A stretch of 64,000 nt of DNA. Source: Octopus vulgaris. Lineage: Eukaryota. Shown piece after piece: positions 37,524 to 51,060 of this stretch (position 1 is the stretch's first letter; each line of letters begins with the position of its first letter). Position numbers and translations under genes: made by a program. Location: the NCBI GenBank assembly GCA_951406725.2, contig OX597828.1, positions 18,476,001-18,540,000 on the forward strand. The letters run 5' to 3'. Below the pieces are notes generated by a model. The model made no database searches. It was given only the letters and a program-made list of their open reading frames with translations, and was not told the DNA's origin.

Positions 37524-38499
37524 TTATATATATATATATATATATATTTATACACACACACACACATATATATATATAGTGTATGTAGAATTACATGATC
37601 TCGTGCTTTTCTTTTTTATATTCCAATAGTTGGATGTGTTTAGAGCGAAAATTAGCTGTCATTCTTAGCAGGTCAATGAAAAATGGTTTACTAATGGATT
37701 GACCTCGATATGTTACCAGTAGAATATTATTGATCCCTGTGATATTAAAAAAAAAGCTTAAAATAACAAGAAACAAAACACAGACAATTACGAGAGTGAG
37801 TCAGAGAGTAAAGCAATTTTTATTTGAATTATTTTTTTGGTTCAGTCTCGGATATAAACATTTCATTCTGAACATAGAGGCACATATCATTACGAAATTT
37901 CAAAATTACTCCATTGTTTTTGCCAACACAGCTTGGCTTTAATGATATCAAAAGCATTACGAAATAAAACATTAGCGCTGTCATTTAAGACTCAATAGAG
38001 CAGTATATACTAAATTACTGACATTCAGCCGAGAAAATACAGACCCACAAGCATTCAATATTTCACAGTTTCACACACAGCGTTAATCATTCAAATTTGC
38101 TGCAGCCTGTAGGTTTATATGCAATATAAAATCTAAAATTAAGCTCACGTCATGTACGTACTTCTGTGCTTGCAATGCACATGCCATAATACGTAATCGA
38201 TTCTTGTGCATATATTAAATCGACCAGCCAATTTAATGTCACGTCTCTAGCACTACAAAGTCATTAGATGCAAGTCACACGTAATTTTCTCATATTTGTA
38301 TATTTGGCTTTTCTTCAACTCTTTGCCGTCTTGTGAAATTAATTGCTTTTGTTAAGATCGTTTATTTAATTTTCATTGCATGTAATCGATACTTTAACTG
38401 ATTATGTATAAGTACATATGTGCGTGTGTGTGCGTGTTTATCTGTATGTCAATGTGTTTGTGTATGTATATATGTGTGTAAATCTCTCTCTCTCTCTCT

Positions 38500-38538
<39 letters not shown>

Positions 38539-38615
38539 GATGTATATATATGTATATATATATGTATGTATGTATATATATATGTATGTATATATGTGTG
38601 TATATGTGTATATAT

Positions 38616-38664
<49 letters not shown>

Positions 38665-38833
38665 AATTGAGATAGGGGTTGCAAGTGCAGCCCTCCATGG
38701 GATAACATATATCCAATATACTGCTAGTGAAGTACCCAACAAAGTAATACATAAATGTTAAGAATTGCGATGCAGTTAATTCATTTACTGTATTATATGG
38801 GCGAAGGTAAAATGTTTTACCGCAAATTAATAA

Positions 38834-39020
38834 TACAAAATAAGAAAATGGAGAAACACATCTTAATCAATTATCAACTACCAGATAATACCCAATCACA
38901 TAATTTATTAAACCACTACATATGAACATTAAGGTCAGTGGTTTAATAAATTATGTGATTGGGTATTATCTGATAGTTGATCATTGATTAAGATGTGTTT
39001 CTCCATTTTCTTATTTTGTA
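38834..39020. repeat. Fold-back inverted repeat (84-bp arms, 19-bp loop)
   Basis: 38834-38917 pairs with 38937-39020, two mismatches. Confidence 0.92.
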
Positions 39021-39087
39021 AAACAACGCATGGACGTGGAACAAATAAAGTATTAGTGGACGCTCAGGAAAGAAGGGAAGAAGGAGG

Positions 39088-39122
39088 GTTTGACGTTTCG
39101 AGCGGAGCTCTTCGTCGGAAAC
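39088..39122 (-). ncRNA. Minimal hammerhead motif, CCGACGA core variant (family C-HHR)
   Basis: GTTT-CCGACGA-A-GAGC-TCC-GCTC-GAAAC-GTC-AAAC within an element (39021-39195) repeated at 45893-46092. Confidence 0.68.
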
Positions 39123-39392
39123 ATAGGAGAAGGAAAGATCCCGAGAAGGGAAGACAGGGGAAAAAATCGCTAATGATACAGACGAGGTCACAGGTGCGCT
39201 TGTAAATATATTTTTTCCATATATATACCAACTGCCTAGAAATGGACATAGTACTCTAATTCAAGGCACCTCTTACTAATTCTACTATGGTTTATAGTTG
39301 ACTGAGGGATAATGAAGTGAAGCTTTGGTACAATCATTAGACTAATTCCTTCTGTGACCCAGTAGCATCTGTTACTATTTCACTTGCAAAAT

Positions 39393-39560
39393 TGTATGGT
39401 AAGTAGCTTGTTTACCAACCACATGTTTCCGAGTTCAGTCCCACTGCGTGGAAATTTGGTTAAGTATCTTCTACTATAGACTCGGGCCGACCAAACCCCT
39501 GTCAGTGGATTTGGTAGCCGGAAAATGAAAGAAGCCCGTCATATATATATATGAATATAA

Positions 39561-39596
<36 letters not shown>

Positions 39597-39815
39597 ATAT
39601 GTTTGTTTGTCTGTTTGTCCCCCACCATTGCTTGACCACTGATGTTGGTGTGTTTACGTCCCCGTAAGCTAGCGATTCGGCAAAAGGGATCTCTATGATA
39701 AGTACTAAGCTTACAACGTCCAAGTCCTAGGGTCGATCTGTTCGACCAAAGACAGTGCTCCAGCTCAGCCGCTGTCAAATGACTGAAACAAATGAAAGAG
39801 TAATAGAATAAAAGA
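39393..39815 (+). mobile_element. SINE family C
   Basis: Head, internal (TA)(TG)n and tail all match the family. Confidence 0.85.
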
Positions 39816-40084
39816 AAGCCGTTTGATTTGTCTAGGAAAATTCCAGTTGAGGCTTAGTCTCATACCAAAAGCATATATATATATATACATCTCTTTACAT
39901 CTCTGTAATAAAGAAAATCTCTTTATTACAAAATACAGGCCACTTCTTAACGGGTCTACGACAAACAATTAATATACCTCAACTTTAGAATAAAAGAAAT
40001 ATACACACACAAATATTACATTCCATAGAATCCATTACTAATCAGCCCCATCACAGCTATACTTTCACCCATTCATATTCTCCC

Positions 40085-40300
40085 TTCTCTGTTTTTTTCT
40101 TCTTCTTCCTCTTCTTTTTCATCATCATCATTATCATCATCATCGTCGTCATCATCATCACCACCATCATCATCATCATCATCATCTTCTTCTTCTTCTT
40201 CTTCTTCTTCTTCTTCTTCTTCTTCTTCTTCTTCTTCTTCTTCTTCTTCATCATCATCATCATCAACATCGTCATCTTCTTCCTCTACTTCTCCACCTTC
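40085..40300. repeat. (TTC)n/(ATC)n compound microsatellite
   Basis: Read directly. Confidence 0.9.
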
Positions 40301-40630
40301 TACCCCTTAACCTTGTCACTAATGTTTTTTAGTATAACGCCTACGCAAATTCCATAAACAAGCCTTTCAATAGAAATATTCTCCGAATTGAACTGCGACT
40401 GCTGGCCGCCACTGACCATTCAAAATACGACCATCAGGGCACTCCCAGATTTTCCCACCCCCTCTCCTCATCTTCTTCTCCTACCCTACCAAGAACTCAC
40501 AACGACCTCCAACACACAAGTGCAAACAAGGGAGTCAGAGAAAGGCAGAATGCCACTTATATCTGAACACTACTATAGAAATATTCCTTTAAAAAAACTT
40601 TTCTTCTAATTTTTCTAAATTTAATTATTT

Positions 40631-40683
40631 AATCGTTACAGTTGAAAAGGTCTCAAAATGACCGAAACCGGTACTGAAAGATT
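40631..40683 (+). ncRNA. Hammerhead motif with U3-A8 core (family E)
   Basis: AATCGTTACAG-TTGAAAA-GGTC-TCAAAAT-GACC-GAAAC-CG-GTA-CTGAAAGATT; palindromic ACCGGT stem III. Confidence 0.68.
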
Positions 40684-40764
40684 CACTATAAAATTATTTT
40701 AGCATTTTCTATTTTTGACTTGTTTTTTCATATATATCAACTCGTGTGTTCCTTTCCACCCTTA

Positions 40765-40820
<56 letters not shown>

Positions 40821-40915
40821 GGGAAGGTTTACGAAAATAGACAAAAGACGAAGGCAGGTGGAGTACAAACAAACAAATGTATTAGTATGGCGCTCAGGAA
40901 TAGAAATAGAACAAG

Positions 40916-40953
40916 TCTTTTACGTTTCGAGCCTACGCTCTTCGACAGAAAGA
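40916..40953 (-). ncRNA. Minimal hammerhead motif, CUGUCGA core (family D)
   Basis: TCTTT-CTGTCGA-A-GAGC-GTAG-GCTC-GAAAC-GTA-AAAGA; 5-bp stem I, 4-bp stem II. Confidence 0.68.
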
Positions 40954-41307
40954 TACACAGAAAAAAAACAAGGAGAGAAAAAATGCGTGTAGGAGCTAAC
41001 GATCTGTGTGTATGTGGGTGCGTATGTATATGTATGAAACTCTCGAACCTTCAGTTACTCTGTTATTTCTGCTAATTATTAATGAAAAAATAAACATATA
41101 CACATATTTTGAGTTCTATTTTTCTTGTTTGCCTCAATCTATCTGTATATCTATAAATATGTGTACATATATGGTCATTAATGGCAACAGATAGCGTCTA
41201 TTGCCATTAATAGTCGACAAGAATGTTTCATAGCACTTCGGTCCAACATTCGAAACTCCGAGTATTATAATGACAACTTTTTACTGTTTGTTCTAAATTA
41301 TAACATA

Positions 41308-41439
<132 letters not shown>

Positions 41440-41571
41440 AGTTCAGAAAAAATTAGATTCAAAGGAATATGGTACTTAAGTTAGATGCACCAGAATTTTG
41501 TATGGTATTATCCATATAAATCCATGGGGTGATTATAATCAAAATAAGCAAAACGAATATCTTCGGTAATT

Positions 41572-41655
41572 TGGTACGATCGTTTCACGCTACATCATTT
41601 TATTAAATATTATAAGTATTACAATAGTTTTAAAATGTTGAGCAATCATCAGCCA
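41572..41655 (-). ncRNA. Hammerhead motif with a long stem II (family F)
   Basis: TGG-CTGATGA-TT-GCTCAACATTTTA..TAAAATGATGTAGC-GT-GAAAC-GATC-GTA-CCA; palindromic ACGATCGT. Confidence 0.68.
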
Positions 41656-41727
41656 TTTATAGAGGTTTTCTATTAATACATATTTTCATAATATGAAAAT
41701 ATGTATTAATGGAAAACCTCTATAAGT

Positions 41728-41731
<4 letters not shown>
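41651..41731. repeat. Near-perfect palindrome adjoining the HHR
   Basis: TTATAGAGGTTTTCTATTAATACATATTTTCATA-A-TATGAAAATATGTATTAATGGAAAACCTCTATAA. Confidence 0.9.
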
Positions 41732-41797
<66 letters not shown>

Positions 41798-42123
41798 TTG
41801 GGGAAAGGGTGCGGGGCGTTCGATCATATAATATAAATAATATATCAATATATTCATATAGACATACATTTATGTACATACCCACATATATATGTATATA
41901 TAAATTCATATATGGGTACAGGACATCAAAAACACGTAGACACAATGAGAGACGAGAACATAAACAACAAAAACATAGAAAACAAACTTTTTTCGAACAA
42001 CGAGAAAAACAAACAGAAAAGAAATGTGCAATGTAAAGAACATTCCCGTCATCAGTTGTCCCCCGTTTTATCTAGTCGTCACACCACACACATACACTGT
42101 ATATATATATCTGTAAATCAATG

Positions 42124-42175
<52 letters not shown>

Positions 42176-42661
42176 TGTATATATATACATATAGATATAT
42201 ATTTGCATATAGATATATATATACATACACATATGTCTGTGCGTATATATACATATATACATATATACACACACACACACACATATATATATATAGAGAG
42301 AGAGACATATATGTATGTATATATTTATATATGCATACAGACATAACGATATGTTCATTTATATTTTCTTAATTGAATAATGTTCTATTTATTATCTTAA
42401 TTACTTTTTAAATTCCAAATTACGTCTTATTTATTGAATAATTTATTTAAACATTAAACTCCATTTTGTTTCCATATCAGTTTTCATATTTCCTTCATAT
42501 ATATATATATATATATATATACAAATGTATGGATATATATATATATACGTGTACATATCAATATGTAGATAGATAAATATATACATAGATAACTATCAAT
42601 CTATATTCGTGCGTGAAGGTGTGTGGTTTTATAACGTGTATATATATATATATATATATAA

Positions 42662-42703
<42 letters not shown>

Positions 42704-43248
42704 GTATTTACACATACATATATATATATATACATGTATATACGTGTATATCTATATATTATTTTGCCGTGTACCTTGTACCCATTTGTTTGCTTATAGG
42801 AATTATATTTTCACAAAAGTATATTGTTTGTATTGATCTATATATTTTTGTATTGATCATATATTTTTATGCAAAAATCATTTTTCGTCCTTATATATTT
42901 AAAAATTGTTTTTCATGGCGTACATATTTTTGATTATTTTAATTATACAAACCTCCTTTATATAAAGGCATTCAACAATGGCTATAATTTCCCCTTTTTC
43001 TAACTTATTCATTGGATAATCAGAATCGGTGATTTAGCTACAGTTAACCCAAATTTCAACCGTCCTTTAGAATTAATTTAATCTAGATTTCAATTAACTT
43101 AATATTAATTTAATTCGGATCTAAATTGACTTAACGTACTCCTAAGCTAGCAAACTTAGCTTGTATTTAACTCGGCAAGTATTGTATAAATTGATGTCTC
43201 CGCTTTCGTTACAAATCATTATTGTTATATATATATTATTGCTGCTAT

Positions 43249-43302
<54 letters not shown>

Positions 43303-43426
43303 CACTGCTGCTGCTGCTATTACTGCTATTATTATGAAAATTAATACTGTCGTTACTATCATTAATATTGTGGTTATTATTATTACCATTATTATTATTA
43401 TTATTAGTAGTAGTAGTAGTAGTATT

Positions 43427-43639
43427 GAGTGAGAGAGCCGTGAATGCCATCAAAGTAACACTAGGGTAAAATATACGAAGCCCAGTATACGCACCATGAC
43501 TACCTGTCTGATAAGGGTACACAAAGCACCTGCATCACAACCATATGTGCGTGACACTGCCCAAGATGCCACGCAGTGGGACGGAACCCGGAACCATGTG
43601 GTTGGTTAGCAAGCTACTTACCACACAGTCACTCCTGCG

Positions 43640-43683
<44 letters not shown>

Positions 43684-44036
43684 GATTTACATGATAAACA
43701 GCACATGACCTTGCAAAATTTTCTTCTGGTCGAGTAACCCATCCCACTCAAAAGATCCCTGAATAAGGGTTTTTTAAGGATGTTGAACGAAACACCCATG
43801 TTTCCAAAGGTGAATTTTCCAAACCTCTAAGAATTCCTTTCAACACACGGCTATGATACTCCTCCACTACTTCTGCTCATGATCAGAGATACACATATCG
43901 TCAGCCACTAATGGACATGGTTAACTGGTTAAGGTCAAACAACTGACAAGCAAATCTGTGGTATTGAGCAGAATATTTGCTGTAGCCCATCTTTTATACC
44001 AAGACAAAACAATGTACATGATAACACTTCCAATCA
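43427..44036 (-). mobile_element. Family T, copy 3, 5'-truncated and interrupted by a SINE C head (43556-43641) plus (TA)n
   Basis: Reverse-complement match to 25439-25987; (ATT)n-type tracts on both flanks. Confidence 0.85.
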
Positions 44037-44046
44037 AATTATTATT

Positions 44047-44080
<34 letters not shown>

Positions 44081-44081
44081 C

Positions 44082-44145
<64 letters not shown>

Positions 44146-44686
44146 GATCATGGGAAAGGTTACAACCCTACCATAAAATAATTTTCATTAAAACCATCAT
44201 CTATGTTTTGACTAATCAGCGATCGAAACCGTTCTGTCTGTTGTAACAATGCCATTAGTCGATCGGCCAAATTTATAAACAAATTTAACAGTTCTTTCAA
44301 AATATATTCTTAAACATAACATTATATCTTCCTTAGCTTCCATTTTTTCCTTTAAAATTCATTAGTATTCTCCCTTGTTCTCGCTCTTTCTTTTTCCTTC
44401 AGCTTTAATTTCCACAGTTCATTTTTTTCTTCCCGCGCGCAACTGTTTCATGTTGTAACATCTATTTGTTTTAACGACATCTTTTTGTTTTTGATATAAA
44501 AACCATGATACGAAATTCTTTTCTTTATTTCCGAAGAGCTATAAAATAACAAAAACAAGTCTGCGGCAAGTAAGATAGAGTTCTTTATAAATTTAATAAA
44601 CAAGAAACTTCAAAAGAATACAGTCCTTTATTCGGTTGTCGATACCCCAATCATAAGTTTAAATAAACTGAAAATGTGTGTGTGTG

Positions 44687-44808
<122 letters not shown>

Positions 44809-45471
44809 CAAGTCTGCTTTTGTATGTTTAATAACTCGTAAATGTAAACGAGAAGAAAAAAGAACTCAATACTAAAGTTAGAGTATTATCAGTTTCTTCA
44901 GCCGATACAAGACATTATGCCTGAAAGTCGGTGGCGTGAAACTGAGATACGGAAAATGAAGTGTCAGCTTCAGTAGATGGATGGATGACAGACGCACAGT
45001 CGGACGGACGGATGGATTTATTCTGTTATGCTTCAGCATTGAGGCTGTGGCCATGCCGGAGCACCGCCAGTGGTGAACATACCTATATGCAATGAGGCCA
45101 ACCCAACCTTTATCTTCCTCACTCTGCTTTCTCACGTTAAACTTTTCTCGTATCACATACTCTAAAAACTGTCTTTATTACAGTTCACAGGACTCCTCCC
45201 TCTTCTTTCATTCTCTCCTCTTTTTCTTTTTTACTACCAGCTTTCATAAACTCTAATTTTCTCAATATGTCGCTCTTTCCATCTTCCTTTCAATACCCCT
45301 CTAACCTTTTTCACTTATCTCATTTCCAACCTGAAGAATCCCATATATATTTTCTTCCATTTGCGTTACATTTCTGTTTCATGCTCTTTATTTCTCTCTC
45401 TCTAACAAGTCCCAAAAAATGCTCACCATCCTTTTTTATTGAACTGTGATTTATATTTCTCCAAATTTTCT

Positions 45472-45760
45472 GGATCTTTTCCATCTCAAGCACAGATTTT
45501 TAATTAATTTTTTTTCTAACTAAACCCTTTAAAACTTCGGATACTGGTTGAACGTGTCACGTAGAACAGGGTTTACTCTTAACGTTTTTGACAAAAGTTT
45601 GTATTTTAGAAGTTATTTCGTCTTAAAGTTGTCGTATTTGGGTAATCTTAACCAATCAATGACGTGTATTCAGCTGAAGAAAGTTGTATCTTCGACAACA
45701 GAAACGATGTATCTTCGACAACAGAAAAATTTAAACTGAAAATCTCCCCTAACAAAACCC
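45472..45760. mobile_element. Partial copy of the MITE family at 47546-47965
   Basis: GGATCTTTTCCATCTCAAGCACAGATTTT..AACTAAA..AAACTTCGGATA..AATGACGTGTATTCAGCTG. Confidence 0.65.
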
Positions 45761-45811
45761 TTCTTTAATAACCAGAGACGGTTTTATAGCAACAATTATG
45801 AGAATGTGTCC

Positions 45812-45889
<78 letters not shown>

Positions 45890-45986
45890 ATAGTTAATCC
45901 AAACATGAAAGCACAAAAAAAAACACAACAACGCGAGGAACAAATATAGTATTATTGGACGCTCAGGAAAGAAGGAAAGAAGGAGG

Positions 45987-46021
45987 GTTTAACGTTTCGA
46001 GCGGAGCTCTTCGTCGGAAAC
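45987..46021 (-). ncRNA. Minimal hammerhead motif, CCGACGA core variant (second copy)
   Basis: GTTT-CCGACGA-A-GAGC-TCC-GCTC-GAAAC-GTT-AAAC. Confidence 0.65.
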
Positions 46022-46183
46022 ATAGGAGAAGGAAAGATCCAGAGAAGGGAAGACAGAGGGAAAAAATCGCCAACGGTACACACGCGGTCACACACACACA
46101 CAAACTTTAATAATAGGCAGAAGTTACAGAGTGACAATGGCCAAACTCTCAGCTTTTGACTCACTCTCTAACATCTGCCTATG

Positions 46184-46287
<104 letters not shown>

Positions 46288-47127
46288 CTCATCACGCAGT
46301 CGAACCAACGAATGAGCTCGACATGATAAAAATAGCAGCCAAATATCTCCCTACCTAAATCACACACCCATTGTCCGTAATGTCCTAGATTATCCCTAAA
46401 AAGCCGGTTTGCTAAGGCTGGAATGTCTTTGATGATACGTTTGCAGTATCAGGGTTTATTTGAGGGTAAATGACAACAAAATTAATACTGAGACGGACCA
46501 ACGACAGAGCCTGTATGTTGTTGCATGACCTGACAGAAAATATAGCCAAACTTTTTTTATATACAGAATAGGAAAACACCTATCCTGTGATATACACGTA
46601 GATTCCATTATGCCTGGGAAGAAAGACAGAATGGTCACAGTTATCATATTTATTTAATCAGATCCGACTTGGGACTAAATAACAGGTGACGAAGGGAACG
46701 AGACGAGACAACGAGAGAGCCTTTACCAGGTCGCTCGAGTTGCTAGAAAGAGCAACCAACTCTTCCTGACAAAAATATAAATGAAATTTCCGTCTTCAAG
46801 AAAACAAATAAGCAAGTTTATATTATTTTATTATGTTCGCTTAAGAATTCATTACTTCTAGAAAAGATTAAGACAAAACAGTCATGGATGGAACGCTTTT
46901 TCTCACAGATCCATGGCAATCAGAAATATCCTGTGGTTAAAACAATATTCTTCACTGAATGATGAAGCGGCTAATGTTAAAGAAAGGTTGAAAGAATAAA
47001 AGATAGCAAGTATCCATATTCCAAATATTGGGATTCCCTTGACTAGCGTAATTTATTCTGCTTTTCGTTTGCAATAAATAGAAAATATTATGGGAACTCG
47101 GTATATATTATGGCTAATATCCAGTGT

Positions 47128-47514
47128 GGAGGCGCAATGGCCCAGTGGTTAGGGCAGCGGACTCGCGGTCATAGGATCGCGGTTTCGATTCCCAGACCGG
47201 GCGTTGTGAGTGTTTATTGAGCGAAAACACCTAAAGCTCCACGAGGCTCCGGCAGAGGATGGTGGTGATCCCTGCTGTACTCTTTCACCACAACTTTCTC
47301 TCACTCTTACTTCCTGTTTCTGTTGTACCTGTATTTCAAAGAGCCGGCCTTGTCACTCTCTGTGTCACGCTGAATATCCCCGACAACTACGTTAAGGGTA
47401 CACGTGTCTGTGGAGTGCTCAGCCACTTACACGTTAATTTCACGAGCAGGATGTTCCGTTGATTCGGATCAACCGGAACCCTCGTCGTCGTAACCGACGG
47501 AGTGCTTCCATTCC
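47128..47514 (+). mobile_element. SINE family R, full length with a 12-bp TSD
   Basis: A box TGGCCCAGTGG, anticodon-like GACTCGCGGTC, B box GGTTTCGATTCC, (TTCCA)2 tail; TSD AATAT(C/T)CAGTGT at 47116-47127 and 47515-47526. Confidence 0.88.
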
Positions 47515-47545
47515 AATATTCAGTGTTGTACGAGAGTAGTATCAC

Positions 47546-47965
47546 GGGTCTTGTCAATCTCAGTCACAAATAATTTTTTTTTAACTAAATAGTTTGAAAC
47601 TTCGGATACAGATAGAATATGTCAGAGGTTTTTCTATTCTGTATATAAAAAAGGTTGGCTACTTTTTTTCCAGCAGGTGATGCAACCTCATAGAGGCTCC
47701 GTCGTTGGTCTGTCTATGTAATAATTTTGTAAAAGTAATGAGCCGGAAATAGTTGTTTGCAAACAGCAGCAGTAACTTTATGCAGCTGAATACACGTCAT
47801 TGGTTGGTTAAAATTAAAACGAAATAACTTCTAAAACACAAAATTTTATCAAAAACCTTAAGAGTAGACTCTGGTCAAGTGACACATTCAACCATTATAC
47901 GAAGTTTCAAAGTATTTAGTTAAAAAAATTTATTAAAAAATCTGTGCTTGAGAAGGAAAAGACCC
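47546..47965. mobile_element. MITE with long imperfect TIRs starting GGGTC (superfamily unassigned)
   Basis: GGGTCTTGTCAATCTCA..TTTAACTAAATAGTTTGAAACTTCG mirrors CGAAGTTTCAAAGTATTTAGTTAAA..TGAGAAGGAAAAGACCC. Confidence 0.7.
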
Positions 47966-48284
47966 AATTTTCTTTCTCATTTGTATATTGTTGCCTTCCA
48001 TATTCTAAGTCATCTTCTTTCATTCTCTATAATGACAACTACCTCAGTGATGGTCTTCCTATTACAGGTGCATCCAGAATAGTAGTACCATAGGATTAAG
48101 TCTTCGGAACACCCTCATTTTACTCTTGAAACCTGACAAGAGCTTCTTGTCCTCTTTTCCATACCGTCTCATTTTATTACATTAAATTTCAGAGTAAACA
48201 ATTTCGTTTATCGTTCATCTCTTTATTTAACTATATACATGCATATAATGATACATACATATATATACACATATATGTAAATAT

Positions 48285-48329
<45 letters not shown>

Positions 48330-48345
48330 CACATAAATATATTGT

Positions 48346-48405
<60 letters not shown>

Positions 48406-48530
48406 TCCACTTAGCACGTGAAAAGTCGCAGGGTTTTGCGGGGTGAAGCTGAAATGAGAAAAATACCAAAAAATATACACGAAATACACACAAACATACA
48501 CATACACATCACGCTCGCGCACACACACAC

Positions 48531-48712
48531 AAGAAGAAGAAGAAGAAGAAGAAGAAGAAGAAGAAGAAGAAGAAGAAGAAGAAGAAGAAGAAGAGGAGGA
48601 GGAGGAGGAGGAGGAGGAGGAGGAGAAAGAAGAAGAAGAAGAAGAAGAAGAAGAAGAAGAAGGAGGAGGAGGAGGAGGAGGAGAAAAAGAAGAAGAAGAA
48701 GAAGAAGAAGAA
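48531..48712. repeat. (AGA)n/(GGA)n polypurine microsatellite
   Basis: Read directly. Confidence 0.95.
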
Positions 48713-48959
48713 CTAAAGTTTGGACAGTTAATTCAAGTTTACAATTGGTGATTACTTATTACGGGATTTCAAATGTAAATCTAAAGAGAGAAGCAATAAC
48801 GTCGATCGGATCCATGATTTAGCTTGGCCGCCATTGCCGTGGATCCAATTATACGAGAGATTGCCTAAATGATGAATTTACTCCTGTTTTGGCCGAACGC
48901 CAGTTGATCTGCCGATGGCGTGACCTTTGTTTTTACGCTCTGCTGTATCTGTATCTGTA

Positions 48960-49001
<42 letters not shown>

Positions 49002-49262
49002 CGTGTATTTTCTCATGTTGTCTTTGTTTCTTTATTCAGTTCTTGTTTGTTTTTTTCTTTGCATTTGTTGTTTTTATTTTACACACACATTTTCTCTCCT
49101 TCCGTCTTTCACAGAAAACTTAATCAAATCCAAGATCTATAGCAATGAACATTTTCACGTTTTTCGCTTAGTCTCTGTCCCTCTCTCCTTCTCTATCTTC
49201 CTCTCTCACTCATTCACTCACTCACTCTCTCTTTCTCTCTCTTTCTCTTTCTGTCTTTCTTC

Positions 49263-49293
<31 letters not shown>

Positions 49294-49532
49294 TTCTGTC
49301 TAGCTAGCAGTTTCTTTCAACCGCATACATACGCACACGCATGCACAAGTCAGTATGTGTGTGTGTGCGTGCATGTGTGTGTGTGTGTGTGTGTTTTGTA
49401 GGACTGTGCGCCCGTATGTTTATTTGGCAGAAACGGGTTGTGTGAGCGTAACATGGGTAGCACTGACGTACGTACGTAAGTCTGTGTGTGAGTTTGGATG
49501 TGTGTGTGTATGTGTGGGTGTGTGCCTGTGTT

Positions 49533-49563
<31 letters not shown>

Positions 49564-49704
49564 ATATTTGTGTCTTAGTAAGTATGTGTACGTGTGCATG
49601 TTCGTGTGTAAGTTAAGGTGTAAATGTAACTATGAAAATATGTGAGAGTGTACGCATGCGTGTATATTTGTTTGGCAGAGAGAGAACCTACGTGCATATA
49701 CTTG

Positions 49705-49931
49705 CTTTTATCTTTTACTTGTTTCAGTCATTACACTGCGGCCATGCTGGAGCATCGCCCTGAAGAATCCATAGTCGAATGAATCAACCCCAGTACCTTT
49801 TTTAAAAAAATTAAAGTACTAATACTTATTTCATTCGTTCTTTTGCCGAACCGCTAGGTTACGGGGACGTAAACACATCATCATCAGTTTTCAAGGGATG
49901 GTGGGGGACAAACACAAACACATGCACATAA

Positions 49932-49965
<34 letters not shown>

Positions 49966-50170
49966 CCAAGAAAGTTAGGAGTTGTGAATCCAACCCACTA
50001 AGGGATAATATCTATCCAATCTACTGCTGGTAGAATACCCAATTATTAAAAAAGAATAATATGCTATATGTATGCGTGTTATTATAATTATCAGTTTAAT
50101 AAATAAATAAGTTAACATTTTAATGTCTAAAAGTTGATGAACCACCTATTGTTCTCCTTTTTCTTATCGG

Positions 50171-50227
<57 letters not shown>

Positions 50228-50405
50228 TATATACATATATATATATACGACGAGCTTGTTTCAGTTTCCAGTTATCAAATACACTCACAAGGCTATGGTC
50301 GGCCTCAGGCTATAGTTGAAGACATTTGCCCCAGGTGCCACGCAGTGCGAATGAACCCGGGACCATGAGATTGAGAAGCCAGTTTCTTACCACTCAGCCA
50401 CGCTT
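49705..50405 (-). mobile_element. SINE family C with a foreign insert (about 49962-50172) in its internal (TA)n
   Basis: Tail half 49705-49920 and head half 50245-50405; the insert shares GGGATAA..TATCCAAT.TACTGCT.GT.GAA.TACCCAA with 38670-38745. Confidence 0.75.
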
Positions 50406-50425
50406 GTGGCTACGTATATAAAAAC

Positions 50426-50529
<104 letters not shown>

Positions 50530-50940
50530 GGCTGAAAATGAAGTATACACTCTCGTATATGTTTGTGCGTATGTGCTTATGGAACTTTGCAAATATCTGT
50601 GAATGTTTGTGTCTATCTGTATGTGAATGAGAACCTGGGTATAGGCATATGCGTGTATACGTGTGTGTGTGTGTGACTGTACGTGCATATGTAAGAACGG
50701 TTGTGAGTCTGTAGGCGTAATTGTCAGAGACTCGATGGATCCATGATTAAATGTGGCATTTTTGTTTGTATGTGTGTGCGTATGTGTTTCTGTGCGTGCA
50801 TCTCCATGTGTGCGTAGGCTTCTGACTGAGTAGGTCCATGGATGTGTGAGTGCAGGAGTACGTGTGAGTGTGAGCACCCGTGTATATGTTATTAGTATGG
50901 TTTTGTAGCCTTTCTATATCTACATATACATATACATATA

Positions 50941-50987
<47 letters not shown>

Positions 50988-51010
50988 GCGTGTGTCTCTA
51001 TGTATGCATG

Positions 51011-51060
<50 letters not shown>

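Noticed and set aside
41985-42060. Minus-strand CTGATGA..TTCGAAA in a repeat remnant
   Set aside because: Could not form stem II or a consistent stem I and III.
45670-45730. CTGAAGA-AA-GTTGT..ACAAC-A-GAAAC-GAT-GTA
   Set aside because: No stem I; it lies in a MITE and the 3' half comes from a local tandem duplication of about 23 bp.
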